Origin: Polyangiaceae bacterium
GTDB taxonomy: Bacteria > Myxococcota_A > Polyangia > Polyangiales > Polyangiaceae
Direction: 5' to 3'
Assembly: GCA_044376115.1 (NCBI GenBank)
Contig: JBILLK010000007.1
Location: 325,743-389,742 of the forward strand
DNA: 64,000 nt
The position numbers and the translations under genes are program-made. Below, piece by piece: positions 27,101 through 37,718 of this stretch. The notes under the pieces were generated by a model. That model saw only the letters and a list, made by a program, of their open reading frames with translations. It made no database searches and had not been told where the DNA came from. The stretch's first letter is position 1. Every line of letters starts with the position of its first letter.

Positions 27101-28743
27101 GCGTCAAGACACAGCTCCGGTTGCTGGTGGGAGTGGGCGTCCTGAGTTTGGGAGCCTTCGGCATCGTGACCTACAGCGCGACCCGCGATTCCAAGGTCGG
27201 CGGCGCTGCCTACAATGAGGTGTTGCAGGGGAAGGACCTCGTCGCAGACGTGTTGCCGCCGCCGGCGTACATCATCGAGTCGCATCTCGTGGTGCATGAG
27301 CTCGCCAGCACGACCGACCCAGCGAAGATTGAGAGCCTGATTGAACGCAGCGGCAAGTTGCGTCGCGAGTTCGATCAGCGAAAGATCTTCTGGGAGAAGG
27401 AGCTGCCGGACAGCGTGTTGCGCGAGTCGCTGATTCGCGACGCGGCCTACCCAGCGGAGGACTACTTCCGCATTCGCGATTCGCAGTTCATCCCAGCGAT
27501 CCGTCGAGGTGATACGGCCAGTGCGCGCGCTCTTTTGAACGGGGAACTATCAGACCGCTACGCCGACCACCGCAAGGCCATCGATCGGGTCGTATCGCTC
27601 GCAGCCGATACAAATGCACAAGCCGATGCGGACGCTGCAGCGGCGGTCTCGCGTGCGACGTCGATCCAAATTGCCATGGCGCTCATCCTAGGCGCAGCCA
27701 TCTGTTTGATCGGCTGGCGCATCGGGACCAAGATCTTTGGCCCCATCGCTCGCATTCTGGAGACGCTCGAGAAGGCTGCGCACGGTGACCTCACCGTTGA
27801 AGTGGAGGTCAACGGTGATGACGAGTTGAATCGCATTGCCGCGGCGCAGAACCGCTTGCTGGCCTTCCTTCGGGCCAAGGTAACCGCCATCGGGGCGAGC
27901 GCATCGGGCTTGACCAAGCAAGCGGAAGAACTCGCAAACGTGAGTCAGTCGCTAGGCGCCGCCGCCGAGGAGACGTCGATTCAGGCCGGCAACGTGTCCA
28001 ATGCTTCCGAGCAGGTCGCCGGGAACGTCAAGAGTGTTTCGGTTGGCACTGAAGAACTAGGCGCAAGGATCCGTGAAATTGCTGACAACACCAATCAGGC
28101 AGCAGCCGTTGCTCAACAAGCGGTCGATGACGCCAAGGGCGCCAACGAGATGGTGTTGCGTCTACGCGAGTCGAGCACCGAGATCGGTCAGGTCCTCGGG
28201 CTGATCACGGCGGTCGCCGAGCAAACCAACCTGCTCGCTCTCAACGCCAGCATCGAGGCGGCGCGAGCAGGCGACGCAGGCAAGGGCTTCGCCGTGGTGG
28301 CCAACGAAGTGAAGGACCTAGCCAAAGAAACAGCGCGCGCCACCGAGGACATCCGTCGTCGCATCGGTGCCATCCAGCATGACGCAGGCAGCGTCGTGTC
28401 GGCCATCGAGACGATCTCTGACATCGTCGAGCGCATCAGCGGTGTGCAATCTGCGGTGGTTCGTGCAGTCGACGCGCAAAGTGAGACCACCGAGGAGATG
28501 TCACGAAGCGCCAGTGAGGCCGCGGGCAACACCGAGAATATCTCGGCCAACATCTCTGGCGTCGCTGAAGCTGCACAGCAGACGGCACGCAACGCAGCTG
28601 CCCTTCAGCACACGGCAGCGGAGCTTTCACGAATGTCGAAGGAGCTCCGCGGACAACTTGCTGAGTTCTCGGTCGACGGCTTCAAGCAGCAGGCAGGCGG
28701 CGAACGCGCGGCCTACGGCTCCTTCGAGTTCGCGCACTCGTAG
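27079..28743 (+). CDS. Methyl-accepting chemotaxis protein (2 TM, periplasmic sensor, HAMP)
   Basis: [15 protein letters not shown] sensor segment; [36 protein letters not shown]. Confidence 0.95.
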   Translation: MSGGKSMSVKTQLRLLVGVGVLSLGAFGIVTYSATRDSKVGGAAYNEVLQGKDLVADVLPPPAYIIESHLVVHELASTTDPAKIESLIERSGKLRREFDQRKIFWEKELPDSVLRESLIRDAAYPAEDYFRIRDSQFIPAIRRGDTASARALLNGELSDRYADHRKAIDRVVSLAADTNAQADADAAAAVSRATSIQIAMALILGAAICLIGWRIGTKIFGPIARILETLEKAAHGDLTVEVEVNGDDELNRIAAAQNRLLAFLRAKVTAIGASASGLTKQAEELANVSQSLGAAAEETSIQAGNVSNASEQVAGNVKSVSVGTEELGARIREIADNTNQAAAVAQQAVDDAKGANEMVLRLRESSTEIGQVLGLITAVAEQTNLLALNASIEAARAGDAGKGFAVVANEVKDLAKETARATEDIRRRIGAIQHDAGSVVSAIETISDIVERISGVQSAVVRAVDAQSETTEEMSRSASEAAGNTENISANISGVAEAAQQTARNAAALQHTAAELSRMSKELRGQLAEFSVDGFKQQAGGERAAYGSFEFAHS

Positions 28744-28778
28744 TGTTGAGTTCGACACCAGTAACAAGGGAATCACTC

Positions 28779-30365
28779 ATGGTCTGGTCGATTGGTAGAA
28801 AACTCATGCTGCTGTCGGGCGTTGCCCTCGGTAGTTTGGTGCTCGTCACGCTGATTGCAGTGCTCGGCCATGAGGGGCTGGTTGACTCGGTCTCCAAGGT
28901 TGCCACCACGGGTGTCGCCCTGCGCAATCACCTCGAGTGCGACATGATGCACGACGCGATACGCGGTGACATCTTGCGCATCGCCCACGCTGAGGACGAA
29001 GCTGAGGCACGCGAGGCCGTGAACGAGCTTCGCGAACACAGCGATCATTTTCGTGAGCACCTTCAAAAGAACAAACAGCTGCCGCTCTCCCCAGGGGAGA
29101 AGAAGGCGCTAGCGACCGCGGAGCCCGAGGTGGAGGCCTACCTGCAGAAGGCGACGGAGCTGGGCGCGATGGTGAGCAGTGACCGCGCTCGCATCAAGAC
29201 CTTGCTCCCATCGTTCACCGCCTCCTACGAACAGCTCGAGGGGACGATGAGCACAGCCAGTGACTTGATCGCTGCGTCCGCAGACCAAGCGGAGCGCGAT
29301 GCCTCTGCTCAGGGCGAGCGCGCGCTCTTGATGCTCGGTCTGGTCGCGACCATCGGTTTCTTCTCAGCGCTGCTCGCTTGGCGGCTCATCACCGGCGCTA
29401 TCACCACCTCGATCGACGAGGCCGTGACCCAGCTGCAGCGCGTTGCCCAGTGCGACCTGACCGGGGAGATGACGATTCGTTCCTCCGATGAGGTGGCTAC
29501 CATGGCCAAGTCGCTCAACGCTGCGACGCTCAAGATTGGTGGAGTGATCTCGTCGGTTGCCCGCAAGGCCGAGAGCCTCGCGACCTCGTCGCAGCAGCTC
29601 GATGGCGTCAGTCGCACCATGCGAGAAATCGCTGGGGATACCGCGAGCCAGGCGACGCAGGTCTCGGCGGCGGCGGGCGAGGCGAGCGAGAACATGCGTT
29701 CGGCCGCCGAAGGTGTGGAGGCGATGAGTCGCTCGATCGATACCATCGCCGGGAGCGTGACCAAGGCTGCATCGGTCGTAAGCAAGGCCGTCAACATCAC
29801 CACCCGTTCGACCAAGACGATCGGCGAGCTGGACCAACGCAGCGTCGAAATCGAGGAGGTTCTGAAGCTGATTACCTCCATCGCCGACCAGACCAATCTG
29901 CTCGCTCTCAACGCCGCTATCGAGGCAGCACGAGCCGGTGAGGCAGGCAAAGGCTTCGTCGTCGTCGCCAACGAGGTCAAAGAACTCGCTCGAGAGACCG
30001 CAAAGGCGACCGAAGACATCGGTCGGCGCATCGAGGCGATTCGTTCAGGCACGGCGAAGGCGGTCGCAGCGGTGGGTGAGATTCAGGAGATCATCGCCGA
30101 GATCAGCCACCTACAAGACGCGATTCAAGCGGTGGTGGACTCCCAGGGCTCGACGGCCCGCGACGTGAAGGGGAGCGTGCAGTTCGCTGCTCAAGCGAGC
30201 GCAGAAATTCGCGACTCGATCTCCTTGGTGGCGCAGGTAGCTGAACGCAGCATGGTGGGCGCGAACGAGACGCAACAAGCCGCCTCTGAGCTGGCGAATA
30301 TCGCGGGTGAAGTGCGCAGTTTGGCGAGTGTGTTCCGCTACAAGACAAGCGCTGTGGCTGCCTGA
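28779..30365 (+). CDS. Methyl-accepting chemotaxis protein (2 TM, four-helix sensor, HAMP)
   Basis: [11 protein letters not shown] sensor segment; [26 protein letters not shown]. Confidence 0.95.
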   Translation: MVWSIGRKLMLLSGVALGSLVLVTLIAVLGHEGLVDSVSKVATTGVALRNHLECDMMHDAIRGDILRIAHAEDEAEAREAVNELREHSDHFREHLQKNKQLPLSPGEKKALATAEPEVEAYLQKATELGAMVSSDRARIKTLLPSFTASYEQLEGTMSTASDLIAASADQAERDASAQGERALLMLGLVATIGFFSALLAWRLITGAITTSIDEAVTQLQRVAQCDLTGEMTIRSSDEVATMAKSLNAATLKIGGVISSVARKAESLATSSQQLDGVSRTMREIAGDTASQATQVSAAAGEASENMRSAAEGVEAMSRSIDTIAGSVTKAASVVSKAVNITTRSTKTIGELDQRSVEIEEVLKLITSIADQTNLLALNAAIEAARAGEAGKGFVVVANEVKELARETAKATEDIGRRIEAIRSGTAKAVAAVGEIQEIIAEISHLQDAIQAVVDSQGSTARDVKGSVQFAAQASAEIRDSISLVAQVAERSMVGANETQQAASELANIAGEVRSLASVFRYKTSAVAA

Positions 30366-30459
30366 CGAAAGCGTCGCCACCCTAGCGATTAAGAGCCTTC
30401 ACTTCGGTGGGGGCTTCTCTGCGTTTGTGTTTCCGAGTTCGCAGGCCCAAAATGGACCA

Positions 30460-31974
30460 ATGAACGCAGTCCGCTTCCGTCAGCTTCGTTACGCCCGCAT
30501 CGATTCCTTCTCGACCGCTCTCGTGGTGTCCCTTGGGCTGAGCGCCTGCGGGTCGAAGGTCCAAGTCGAGGATGGAGACAGCGGCGGTGGTGGAGGGCTC
30601 GCTGGCGGATCCGCGGGCGGCGGAAGTTCGGTGGGTGGAAGCTCGGTAGGCGGAAGCTCGGTAGGCGGTGGTGCCGTCGGCGGAGCTGGTGGCGGGACCA
30701 TCGACGTTGCTTGTGAGAATCCGGTGCCGGTCGTGGTGAACGGTGTGGATACCGGGTTCGACCGTTGTGAAGGTGGCCAGTATCGACGTCGTACGCCAGA
30801 GCTCTGTCCTGCCGCGCCGCAGGATCCGAACTCGTGTTGTGGCCTTTGTGCAGAGGGGGAGATCTGCTCGACGGCAGGAGAGGTTGCCTGCAGCTGTGTA
30901 CCGTCTTGCGGCTCCGACGCCGATTGCGACGGCGGTCTTTGCTTGTGCACCGAGGGCGGCGGAACCTGTGTGCCAACCAGCTGCTTCACCACCGCGGAGT
31001 GTGGTCCCAACCAAGAGTGCACGAGCTGGGATGCAAGCCAAGGTTGCCTCTACCTGGAGTTTGCTTGCACTACGGCGCAAGACACGTGCGGTGGGGACAA
31101 TGACTGCACGGTGATTGGGGAGATGTGCGTGCGCGACCTCAACACGGGCGTCCGCAGCTGCCAACCCGGCGGCTGCGCGATCGGGCGTCCGTTCTTGGTG
31201 CAGGGGAGTGAACGGGTTGCGCCACTTTTGCACTCATCGGATTGGAACTCACCGCGAGAGCAGCCAGAGGTCGCTTGCTTCACTCAGGATGAGCGACGCA
31301 CTTTGGCAGAACGCTGGTCCTTCATCGGCCAAATGGAGCACGCCTCGGTGGGCGCCTTCGCGCGCTTCTCGTTGCAGCTTCTTTCGCTCGGCGCGCCGGC
31401 TGTGTTGCTAGCGCAGACGCAGGCTGCGATGGGCGACGAGTTGCGTCATGCACAGAGCGCTTTTGCGCTGGCGTCAGCCTTCAGCGGCAATGAAGTCGGG
31501 CCCGGCAAGCTCGATGTGGCTCGTTCGCTCGAGGACTCGGATCGGCGGTCAATTGTGCGACTCACCATCCGTGAGGGCTGCGTCGGCGAGAGCGTGGCGG
31601 CGCTCGAGGCGGCGGAAGGGGAGAGCCTGGCCGCGGATCCCGTCGTTCGCCGGGTGCTCGCTCAAGTGGCTGCCGATGAAGCGGCTCACGCGCGGCTTGC
31701 CTGGTTCACGTTGCGCTGGGCGATGACGCAGTTCGGCGGTGAGGTCCACGAGGTGCTCGCAGAGGAGGTCGCCCGGCTCGAACTCGAGCTTGCGACGGAC
31801 CAAGCCGAAGCGGTGGTTCCGTGTGTTGAACTTGTGCCGGGTAGCGGCCTCTTGAGCTTGGGCGAACAGCTCCGTCACCGCAGAGCGGTCATTGAGCGGG
31901 CGGTTCTTCCGGCGCTTCGTGGGCTGCTCGCGCAGCCGCGTCCCACTGCCGAAGTTCAAGCTCCATTCGCCTGA
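30460..31974 (+). CDS. Lipoprotein with Cys-rich region and C-terminal ferritin-like (diiron) domain
   Basis: Lipobox LSAC, Gly/Ser linker, many Cys, GRPF, EHASVGAFARF, DELRHA, EGCVGES, DEAAHA. Confidence 0.85.
   Translation: MNAVRFRQLRYARIDSFSTALVVSLGLSACGSKVQVEDGDSGGGGGLAGGSAGGGSSVGGSSVGGSSVGGGAVGGAGGGTIDVACENPVPVVVNGVDTGFDRCEGGQYRRRTPELCPAAPQDPNSCCGLCAEGEICSTAGEVACSCVPSCGSDADCDGGLCLCTEGGGTCVPTSCFTTAECGPNQECTSWDASQGCLYLEFACTTAQDTCGGDNDCTVIGEMCVRDLNTGVRSCQPGGCAIGRPFLVQGSERVAPLLHSSDWNSPREQPEVACFTQDERRTLAERWSFIGQMEHASVGAFARFSLQLLSLGAPAVLLAQTQAAMGDELRHAQSAFALASAFSGNEVGPGKLDVARSLEDSDRRSIVRLTIREGCVGESVAALEAAEGESLAADPVVRRVLAQVAADEAAHARLAWFTLRWAMTQFGGEVHEVLAEEVARLELELATDQAEAVVPCVELVPGSGLLSLGEQLRHRRAVIERAVLPALRGLLAQPRPTAEVQAPFA
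30619..30663 (+). repeat. 3 x 15-bp in-frame tandem repeat encoding (GGSSV)3
   Basis: ggcggaagttcggtg / ggtggaagctcggta / ggcggaagctcggta. Confidence 0.85.
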
Positions 31975-32809
31975 ATTCCTCGAGCGAGAGCGTCTCTCCG
32001 CGGCGGGTGCGATCAATCCCCGCCGCGTTGCTGGCGAACTCGAGCGCCGCATCGCTGAAGGGCCCGCCTTGCCAGGCGTTGCGCAAAGTCTTGCGTCGTT
32101 GCGCGAAGGCCATCTTGACCAACGCGCGAAACATCGGCGTCTCGGGCGTTGGATCTTGGCTTCGCTCGAGCACGACCACCGCCGAGTCCACGTTGGGCTT
32201 CGGAAAGAAGCTCCCACTCTTGACGTTGCACAAGCGCGACGGCTTGAAGGCCGCCCGTACGAATACGGTGAGGGCGCCGTACTCCTTTGTCCCCGGCGCA
32301 GAAAGCAGGCGGTCGGCGACCTCCTTTTGCACCATGAACACGACGATTGGCAGCGCCGCTGAGAGCTCGACCGCGCGTTCGAGAAAGCGACCCGTGACAA
32401 GGTAGGGAAGGTTGCCAACCACAGCGTGCGGCGCCGGCCCAGTGCTCAAAAGGGCTGCCCAATCGGCCGCGATAGCGTCCTCGCAGTGCAGCGTGAGCGC
32501 CCCGCTGGTTAGCTCCTCTGACAGCTCTTGCCGCAGCACGTTGACCATCTGCGGATCTCGATCGATGGCAATGACTCGCTCGGCTCGCTCCAAGAGCGGT
32601 ACGGTCAGCGCTCCCAAGCCAGGGCCGATCTCGAGCACGGTGCCGCAACGCTGGCCATTCTTTGCCGCTGGCGTTGCGGCCTCCGCGATGCGCGCCGCGG
32701 TGTGGCCGTCGGTCAGGAAGTTCTGCCCAAACCCTTTCTTGGCTTGCAGACCGTGTTCACGAAGCAGGGCATGCGCCGAGGGGCGAGGCGATCGGGGTGG
32801 GGCGTTCAA
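31889..32809 (-). CDS. rsmA: 16S rRNA (adenine-N6,N6)-dimethyltransferase RsmA/KsgA
   Basis: KKGFGQNFL, VLEIGPGLG, GNLPY, MVQKEVA, F.PKPNVDS, FAQRRKTL. Confidence 0.96.
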   Translation of the reverse strand: MNAPPRSPRPSAHALLREHGLQAKKGFGQNFLTDGHTAARIAEAATPAAKNGQRCGTVLEIGPGLGALTVPLLERAERVIAIDRDPQMVNVLRQELSEELTSGALTLHCEDAIAADWAALLSTGPAPHAVVGNLPYLVTGRFLERAVELSAALPIVVFMVQKEVADRLLSAPGTKEYGALTVFVRAAFKPSRLCNVKSGSFFPKPNVDSAVVVLERSQDPTPETPMFRALVKMAFAQRRKTLRNAWQGGPFSDAALEFASNAAGIDRTRRGETLSLEEFRRMELELRQWDAAARAAHEAPEEPPAQ

Positions 32810-34527
32810 GGAGATTCCGCAGGCTTCTTCGCAGGAGGTTCGTAGGTTTGCTCGTAACGCACCGACTGCGCCGGCTCGCTCGTGTTGTCGCTCGGGTCGG
32901 CCCCGACAGCCTTGCCCTCGAAGCTGGCTGCACGGTAGGCCGACCGAAGGTGCTCGACGCGAATGCCTAGCTTCGTCAAAGCGATCTTCGCCTTCTTCGA
33001 AGCGACGGCGGAGCGAATGCGAACCGCGGCGGCAGCGGCTGGAGCGATCGCGTCATAAAGCGGCTCGCTCGGTGACTCCTCCTCATCCGTCGACTTGGTC
33101 GCCGTCCACGGTGGGCTCAGGCTCGGCTCGAAGATCGGCAAGCTCCAGGAAACGTGCGTACCCAGCCGCCTGAGCCGACCAACGACTTGGGCCAGCGCGG
33201 GAAGGAAGGATTGCTCCGGTGCTCCACCCAAAACGAAGATGAGGCTCGCTCGCGGCTTGCCCGTCGCGATTGCAGAGAGGCTGCGCACGAGGCTGTCGGA
33301 GCTGAGCGCCCGGTCTCCGTTGGTCTTGGGGGGCGAGTCGATGCCGAAGGCAGCGAGGTAGCGCCGCAAGGTGGATTCGCGCTCTGTTTTGCCCTCCGGC
33401 GGCCTCACGCGAAAGGGCGCACGATGGCGCATGGCGTCTGCGCGTTGCGCGAGTCGGTCTAGATCCCCGCGCCGGACGTCACTCAGCCCACGTTCATCCA
33501 AGGGGCGCAAATGCTCAATCACGCGAACGGCTACGTCGAGCTCATCGAGATCGCTGCGCGAGGCGTCCAGCGTCGAGGCGGCGGTGAGCAGCGCATGCAG
33601 GATCTTGTGACCTTGGCCCGCACCGCCGTCCGGTGGAATCACTAGGCGCTGCGTGGCGGCATAAACTGCGAGCCCCACGCGATCGCCACGCGCCAAGTGG
33701 CGGGAAACGAGCGCAGCGGCTTCATCGATCAAAAGATCGAGCGGCGCTCGTCCGACCGGGCCAGCCCAAAGCTCCACCGAGACGTCGAGCACGATCCAAA
33801 CGACGTCGCGTTCTTCACGCTCGAATTCACGGACCAACAGCTTGCCGCGTCGTGCCGTTGCTCGCCACGCGATGCGCCGGAACGGATCCCCAGGCTGATG
33901 CTCGCGCAGCTCGCGCAGGCTGTTTCCGTCGCCGCGCATCTTCCCAGCTTTGCCCGAGGGCGCCATCAACATGCTCGGCCCGCCGCGCCCCACCTGCAGG
34001 TAGGCGCTCATCGGTCGCGGCGCTACCTCGATGCCGTACGGGTTGGCGAAGGTGAGCGGCACCTCGAACATGCCTGGGGCTCCGCGAACTTCGAGCGCCA
34101 GACCGTAGACCCCGTGTTGTCCAACCCGGGGCGCCTTGACCTTCACCTTCACCTTGAGTCGGCCACCAGCGGCTACTTCACCGGCGGGCGGATCGAGTTC
34201 CACCTCAAGATTGGGGGAGGCGAGCGCGCGCAGTTTGACGTAGCGGGCCGCGAGGGTGTCGCGGTTTCGGACCTCGGCCTCGATCTCGATCTGCGCACCC
34301 CGCACGGTGCGCAACATGCGCCGGCTGTGGCTCCACAACATCTCGAAGCCCGCAGCCCGAATGCGCGCGACCGACACCAGCGTGACCGCGCGCGCAACCG
34401 CGACAGCGAGCAGAATCGAGCCTCCCCACCCAATCATTAGTGGGGACCCGGCGAGCACGCCTACGGCGCTCACCATCACAGAAGCGATGGCGAGATGGGC
34501 CGCGGGGCGTGTCGGGTAAAGCTGCAT
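32806..34527 (-). CDS. DUF58 family membrane protein (MoxR-associated)
   Basis: ELREHQPGDPFRRIAWRATARRGKLLVREFE, LDVS, GDRVGL. Confidence 0.9.
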   Translation of the reverse strand: MQLYPTRPAAHLAIASVMVSAVGVLAGSPLMIGWGGSILLAVAVARAVTLVSVARIRAAGFEMLWSHSRRMLRTVRGAQIEIEAEVRNRDTLAARYVKLRALASPNLEVELDPPAGEVAAGGRLKVKVKVKAPRVGQHGVYGLALEVRGAPGMFEVPLTFANPYGIEVAPRPMSAYLQVGRGGPSMLMAPSGKAGKMRGDGNSLRELREHQPGDPFRRIAWRATARRGKLLVREFEREERDVVWIVLDVSVELWAGPVGRAPLDLLIDEAAALVSRHLARGDRVGLAVYAATQRLVIPPDGGAGQGHKILHALLTAASTLDASRSDLDELDVAVRVIEHLRPLDERGLSDVRRGDLDRLAQRADAMRHRAPFRVRPPEGKTERESTLRRYLAAFGIDSPPKTNGDRALSSDSLVRSLSAIATGKPRASLIFVLGGAPEQSFLPALAQVVGRLRRLGTHVSWSLPIFEPSLSPPWTATKSTDEEESPSEPLYDAIAPAAAAAVRIRSAVASKKAKIALTKLGIRVEHLRSAYRAASFEGKAVGADPSDNTSEPAQSVRYEQTYEPPAKKPAESP

Positions 34528-34529
34528 GA

Positions 34530-35501
34530 TCAGGCCTGCCGGGAGGCGCGCCGAAATCCAATGCGTTGCAGTGCTTCGTCAACCAGGCCATCGCGAGCCT
34601 TGGGATCACCCTCCATCTCGGGCGTGAGCACCAACCGATGGCCGAGCACCGTGTGCGCTACGCCGCGCACGTCATCGGGCGTAACGAAGGCTCGGCCGGC
34701 GAGCAGTGCGGCGCTCTTGGCCGCTTGAATCAGGCCCAGCGTCGCGCGCGGTGAAGCACCAAGCACAATGCGCGGATGGGAGCGAGTGAAGGCCGTGAGC
34801 GAAACCACGTATTCGTAGAGGTCGTCGTCCAGGTGGATGCGCCGAGCCAGGCTTTGGAGCCCGAGTACGTCGGCTACGCTGAGCACCGGATTGGAGCGTG
34901 GGGTCGCGAGATTGTGTGCTCGCACCATCGCGACCTCATCCTTGTGCGATGGGTAACCGATGATGATGCGAATGAGAAAGCGGTCGATTTGAGCTTCGGG
35001 CAGTGGGTACGTGCCCTCGAGGTCAACCGGGTTCTGCGTCGCTAGCACCATGAACGGGTTGGGCAGCTCGAAACGGTCTCCCTCGATCGTCACCTGGCGC
35101 TCTTGCATCGCCTCGAGCAACGCCGACTGCGTCTTTGCGGGAGCGCGGTTGATCTCGTCCGCTAGCACCACGTTCGCGAAGATCGGCCCTGGACGTAAGG
35201 CGAACGATTGGTCCTTGGGCGAGAGGACGTAGGTGCCCGTGATGTCGGCTGGGAGCAGATCGGGCGTGAACTGAATGCGGCGCACGCTCGCGCCCAACGT
35301 TGCGGCAAACGCCTTGACGACCGTCGTTTTTGCTACGCCGGGTACGCCTTCGAGCAAGGCGTGCCCCTGCGCGAGCAACGAAGTCAGGAGCAGGTCGACG
35401 ACGCGCGGGTTCCCGACGTACACGCGCATGACTTCGCGACGAACCATCTCCAGGCGTTCGCGGGCGGCCCCGATTTCGTCCATGCTGGCGGGTTGGGTCA
35501 T
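34530..35501 (-). CDS. moxR: MoxR-family AAA+ ATPase
   Basis: LEGVPGVAKT, RIQFTPDLLPAD, DEINRAPAKTQSALLEAM, ATQNP, LPEAQIDRF. Confidence 0.95.
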   Translation of the reverse strand: MTQPASMDEIGAARERLEMVRREVMRVYVGNPRVVDLLLTSLLAQGHALLEGVPGVAKTTVVKAFAATLGASVRRIQFTPDLLPADITGTYVLSPKDQSFALRPGPIFANVVLADEINRAPAKTQSALLEAMQERQVTIEGDRFELPNPFMVLATQNPVDLEGTYPLPEAQIDRFLIRIIIGYPSHKDEVAMVRAHNLATPRSNPVLSVADVLGLQSLARRIHLDDDLYEYVVSLTAFTRSHPRIVLGASPRATLGLIQAAKSAALLAGRAFVTPDDVRGVAHTVLGHRLVLTPEMEGDPKARDGLVDEALQRIGFRRASRQA

Positions 35502-35565
35502 GACAGGCTTCTTCCTTCGTTATGCGACGAACTCTGGTAGATCCAGAGGGCCGCTTCATGCTGCG

Positions 35566-36903
35566 TCATTCGGGTATCGGGGCTGGTTTGGGCAGGTCCG
35601 AAGCGAGCAGTCGCTTCACGAGATCGGTGACGAACTTCTCCGCGTCGTTCACTTGGTCGCGGTTGATGCGGGCAGCGCCACCTCGCAAGAGCTGACTCTC
35701 GACGTCAGTCATACGGTGAACGAGGCTCTCGAGTTTGGCGACGTCGGCGCCGGTCACGACACTCGCATCGCGTAGGGCGCTAACCACCTCAGCGCTGGTC
35801 GGGGCGGCTGAAAGTGAAAACCGCTCCGAGACTGCCTCGAATAGGGCGCTCTTGAGCTCGAGCAAGACTAGCGACTTCGCTGAGTTTGGCGCAGCCAGCA
35901 TAGCGAAGCGTCCGGCGACGCCGCCGCGCGCCACCAGCGGGGTAGGGCGCGCATAACGTGGAACCGGGCTCTTGTACGGTTTCCCCGAGGTCCGAGCTAC
36001 CCACAGCGCCAACCCGGTAACGCCAATCGCGGCCAGAACGGCCAGCAGCCAGGCCGGGAAGCCCGACTCATGCACCGATGCCAAAGCCTCACCCGCCGAG
36101 CGCACGGCGTTCTCGGCGTCTTCAACGAACGTCCCTTCGCCACCGACGCTGCCCTCTTGCTTGAAGTCGTTCACCAGAATGAACAGGCGCCCTTGCCCGC
36201 GCTCCGAGTCGCTAGCTAGGTAGCGAATGAGCCCTACGGCGAGCGCTCGATTGCCAGGGTAGCGGAGCATTGAGTTAATCAGCGCCGAAGGGTCGCTCAT
36301 CGCGAACAGCCGGCCTTTCTCAACCTGCCCGGCGACCGCCACGATCGCGTCAGGTTCCCCGGAGATCCGAACCTTCAGGACCGGTGAAAGATCCGGGTGG
36401 TTGAGCGCCATCGGGTGGTTGAGCACCAGCCGTTTGACGTTGGTTACGATTGGGTGGGGCGCGCCTACTTGGCCACGCGCAACCTCGAGCCACGGCTCTG
36501 CGATCGGGAGCTCCGGGTTGCCTCGCAACGCAGAGACCGGGCGACCAAGAAGCCGTACGCGCTCGATCTTGAAACGGCGCAACAGGTCGTCGCCCTTACC
36601 GAAATCGTCGAGGACCGCGACTCGACCGCCGAGCTTCATGAAGTTGCTCGCTTCACCGGCCTGAATGCGCTCGGTTGGGTGAAGCACAAGCACGCCGTCG
36701 TCCTTCGTCAGCGTGCTCCAGTCCAACGTCGCCACCGGTTTGACGCGCTCTGGACCGAGTTCAGTTTTTGCGATGGCGTACAGCTCTGAAAGGCCTTCCC
36801 AGCCTTCGTCGTTGATCTCGAACGACGCAGCGCGCGCAGCCCGGGTTCCAAGAAGGAATGGGCCTGCGACAAGAGCCAGGGCAACCGAGCGTCTAGAGAG
36901 CAA
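35566..36903 (-). CDS. DUF4350-like membrane protein (MoxR operon)
   Basis: N-terminal signal, WEGLS, GRLFAMSDPSALINSML.YPGN, internal TM; lies upstream of moxR. Confidence 0.75.
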   Translation of the reverse strand: MLSRRSVALALVAGPFLLGTRAARAASFEINDEGWEGLSELYAIAKTELGPERVKPVATLDWSTLTKDDGVLVLHPTERIQAGEASNFMKLGGRVAVLDDFGKGDDLLRRFKIERVRLLGRPVSALRGNPELPIAEPWLEVARGQVGAPHPIVTNVKRLVLNHPMALNHPDLSPVLKVRISGEPDAIVAVAGQVEKGRLFAMSDPSALINSMLRYPGNRALAVGLIRYLASDSERGQGRLFILVNDFKQEGSVGGEGTFVEDAENAVRSAGEALASVHESGFPAWLLAVLAAIGVTGLALWVARTSGKPYKSPVPRYARPTPLVARGGVAGRFAMLAAPNSAKSLVLLELKSALFEAVSERFSLSAAPTSAEVVSALRDASVVTGADVAKLESLVHRMTDVESQLLRGGAARINRDQVNDAEKFVTDLVKRLLASDLPKPAPIPE

Positions 36904-37027
36904 CGAGGGGGAGGATATATCACCACCTAATCTTCAGCCGAACCCTAGACTTGCCGTTTGGGCGTTGCTACCTTCCGTCGTGTAGGCTCTCTTACGCAAA
37001 CGAAGCGCAGCGTGTCAGGAGGTTCGG

Positions 37028-37228
37028 TTGCTTCCCCCCTTCATAATCGAGCAGATACGGCAGCGTGAAGAACGCGAACGCGCTCGTCGCGAAGAGCAGC
37101 CTCGGCTTGAGTTGCCTATCCCAAGAGCGCCATTGCCCAAGCGCGGTCCTGCTTCGAGTGTCGGTGAGCCCCAGCGTGATGAGGACCCCGATGTCGATCG
37201 TGGCGTGATCATCCTGGACCTGGGCTGA
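37028..37228 (+). CDS. Small hypothetical protein (MLPPFIIEQIR..QPRLELP..RGVIILDL)
   Basis: AGGAGG just upstream of TTG. Resembles a small family I recall from myxobacteria. Confidence 0.7.
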   Translation: MLPPFIIEQIRQREERERARREEQPRLELPIPRAPLPKRGPASSVGEPQRDEDPDVDRGVIILDLG

Positions 37229-37314
37229 GCCTCCTCGCATTCCCCCGTTCCCGTCTGCTGTACTGTCCCTTCTGTTGTTCCGGCGTTTTCGCGAACCACT
37301 GTTGATCTGTGCCC

Positions 37315-37343
37315 TTGACCAGCCTGGTTTGTTCGCGTAAGGT
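37315..37343 (+). promoter_or_regulatory. Sigma70-type promoter for rpsP
   Basis: TTGACC-N17-TAAGGT, 57 nt upstream of the rpsP ATG. Confidence 0.65.
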
Positions 37344-37400
37344 CCCGCGCCTTCTGGGCGGTCGGTCCCCCAGACTCTTTCTAAGATAGGTTGCGCTCCC

Positions 37401-37715
37401 ATGGCTGTTCACATTCGTCTCGCCCGCATGGGCACCAACAAGAGCCCGTTCTACCGAATCGTCGTTGCCGATCAACGCAGCCCGCGCGGTGGCCGCTTCA
37501 TTGAACGCGTTGGCACCTTCGATCCGAAGCGAGCGGAGCTTCGAGTGGAGGGCGCGCGAGTCCAACACTGGATCTCGAAGGGCGCTCAGCCCTCTGAAAC
37601 GGTTGCTGCGCTCTTGAAGTCGGCAAACCTCCAGGCTGCTGCCGCTGCTCCCGCCGCTGCGCCGGCTCCCGCCACTGCCCCGGCTGCTGCCAAGGCCGCC
37701 AAGAAAAAGGGCTGA
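37401..37715 (+). CDS. rpsP: 30S ribosomal protein S16 with Ala/Pro/Lys tail
   Basis: [50 protein letters not shown]. Confidence 0.98.
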   Translation: MAVHIRLARMGTNKSPFYRIVVADQRSPRGGRFIERVGTFDPKRAELRVEGARVQHWISKGAQPSETVAALLKSANLQAAAAAPAAAPAPATAPAAAKAAKKKG

Positions 37716-37718
37716 GCC

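Noticed and set aside
31889..31974. 86-bp convergent overlap between rsmA and the ferritin-like gene
   Set aside because: Both tails are low-complexity extensions; stop-codon drift is common in GC-rich genomes.
32806..36903. DUF4350-MoxR-DUF58 operon as a novel system
   Set aside because: A widespread, already described gene arrangement.
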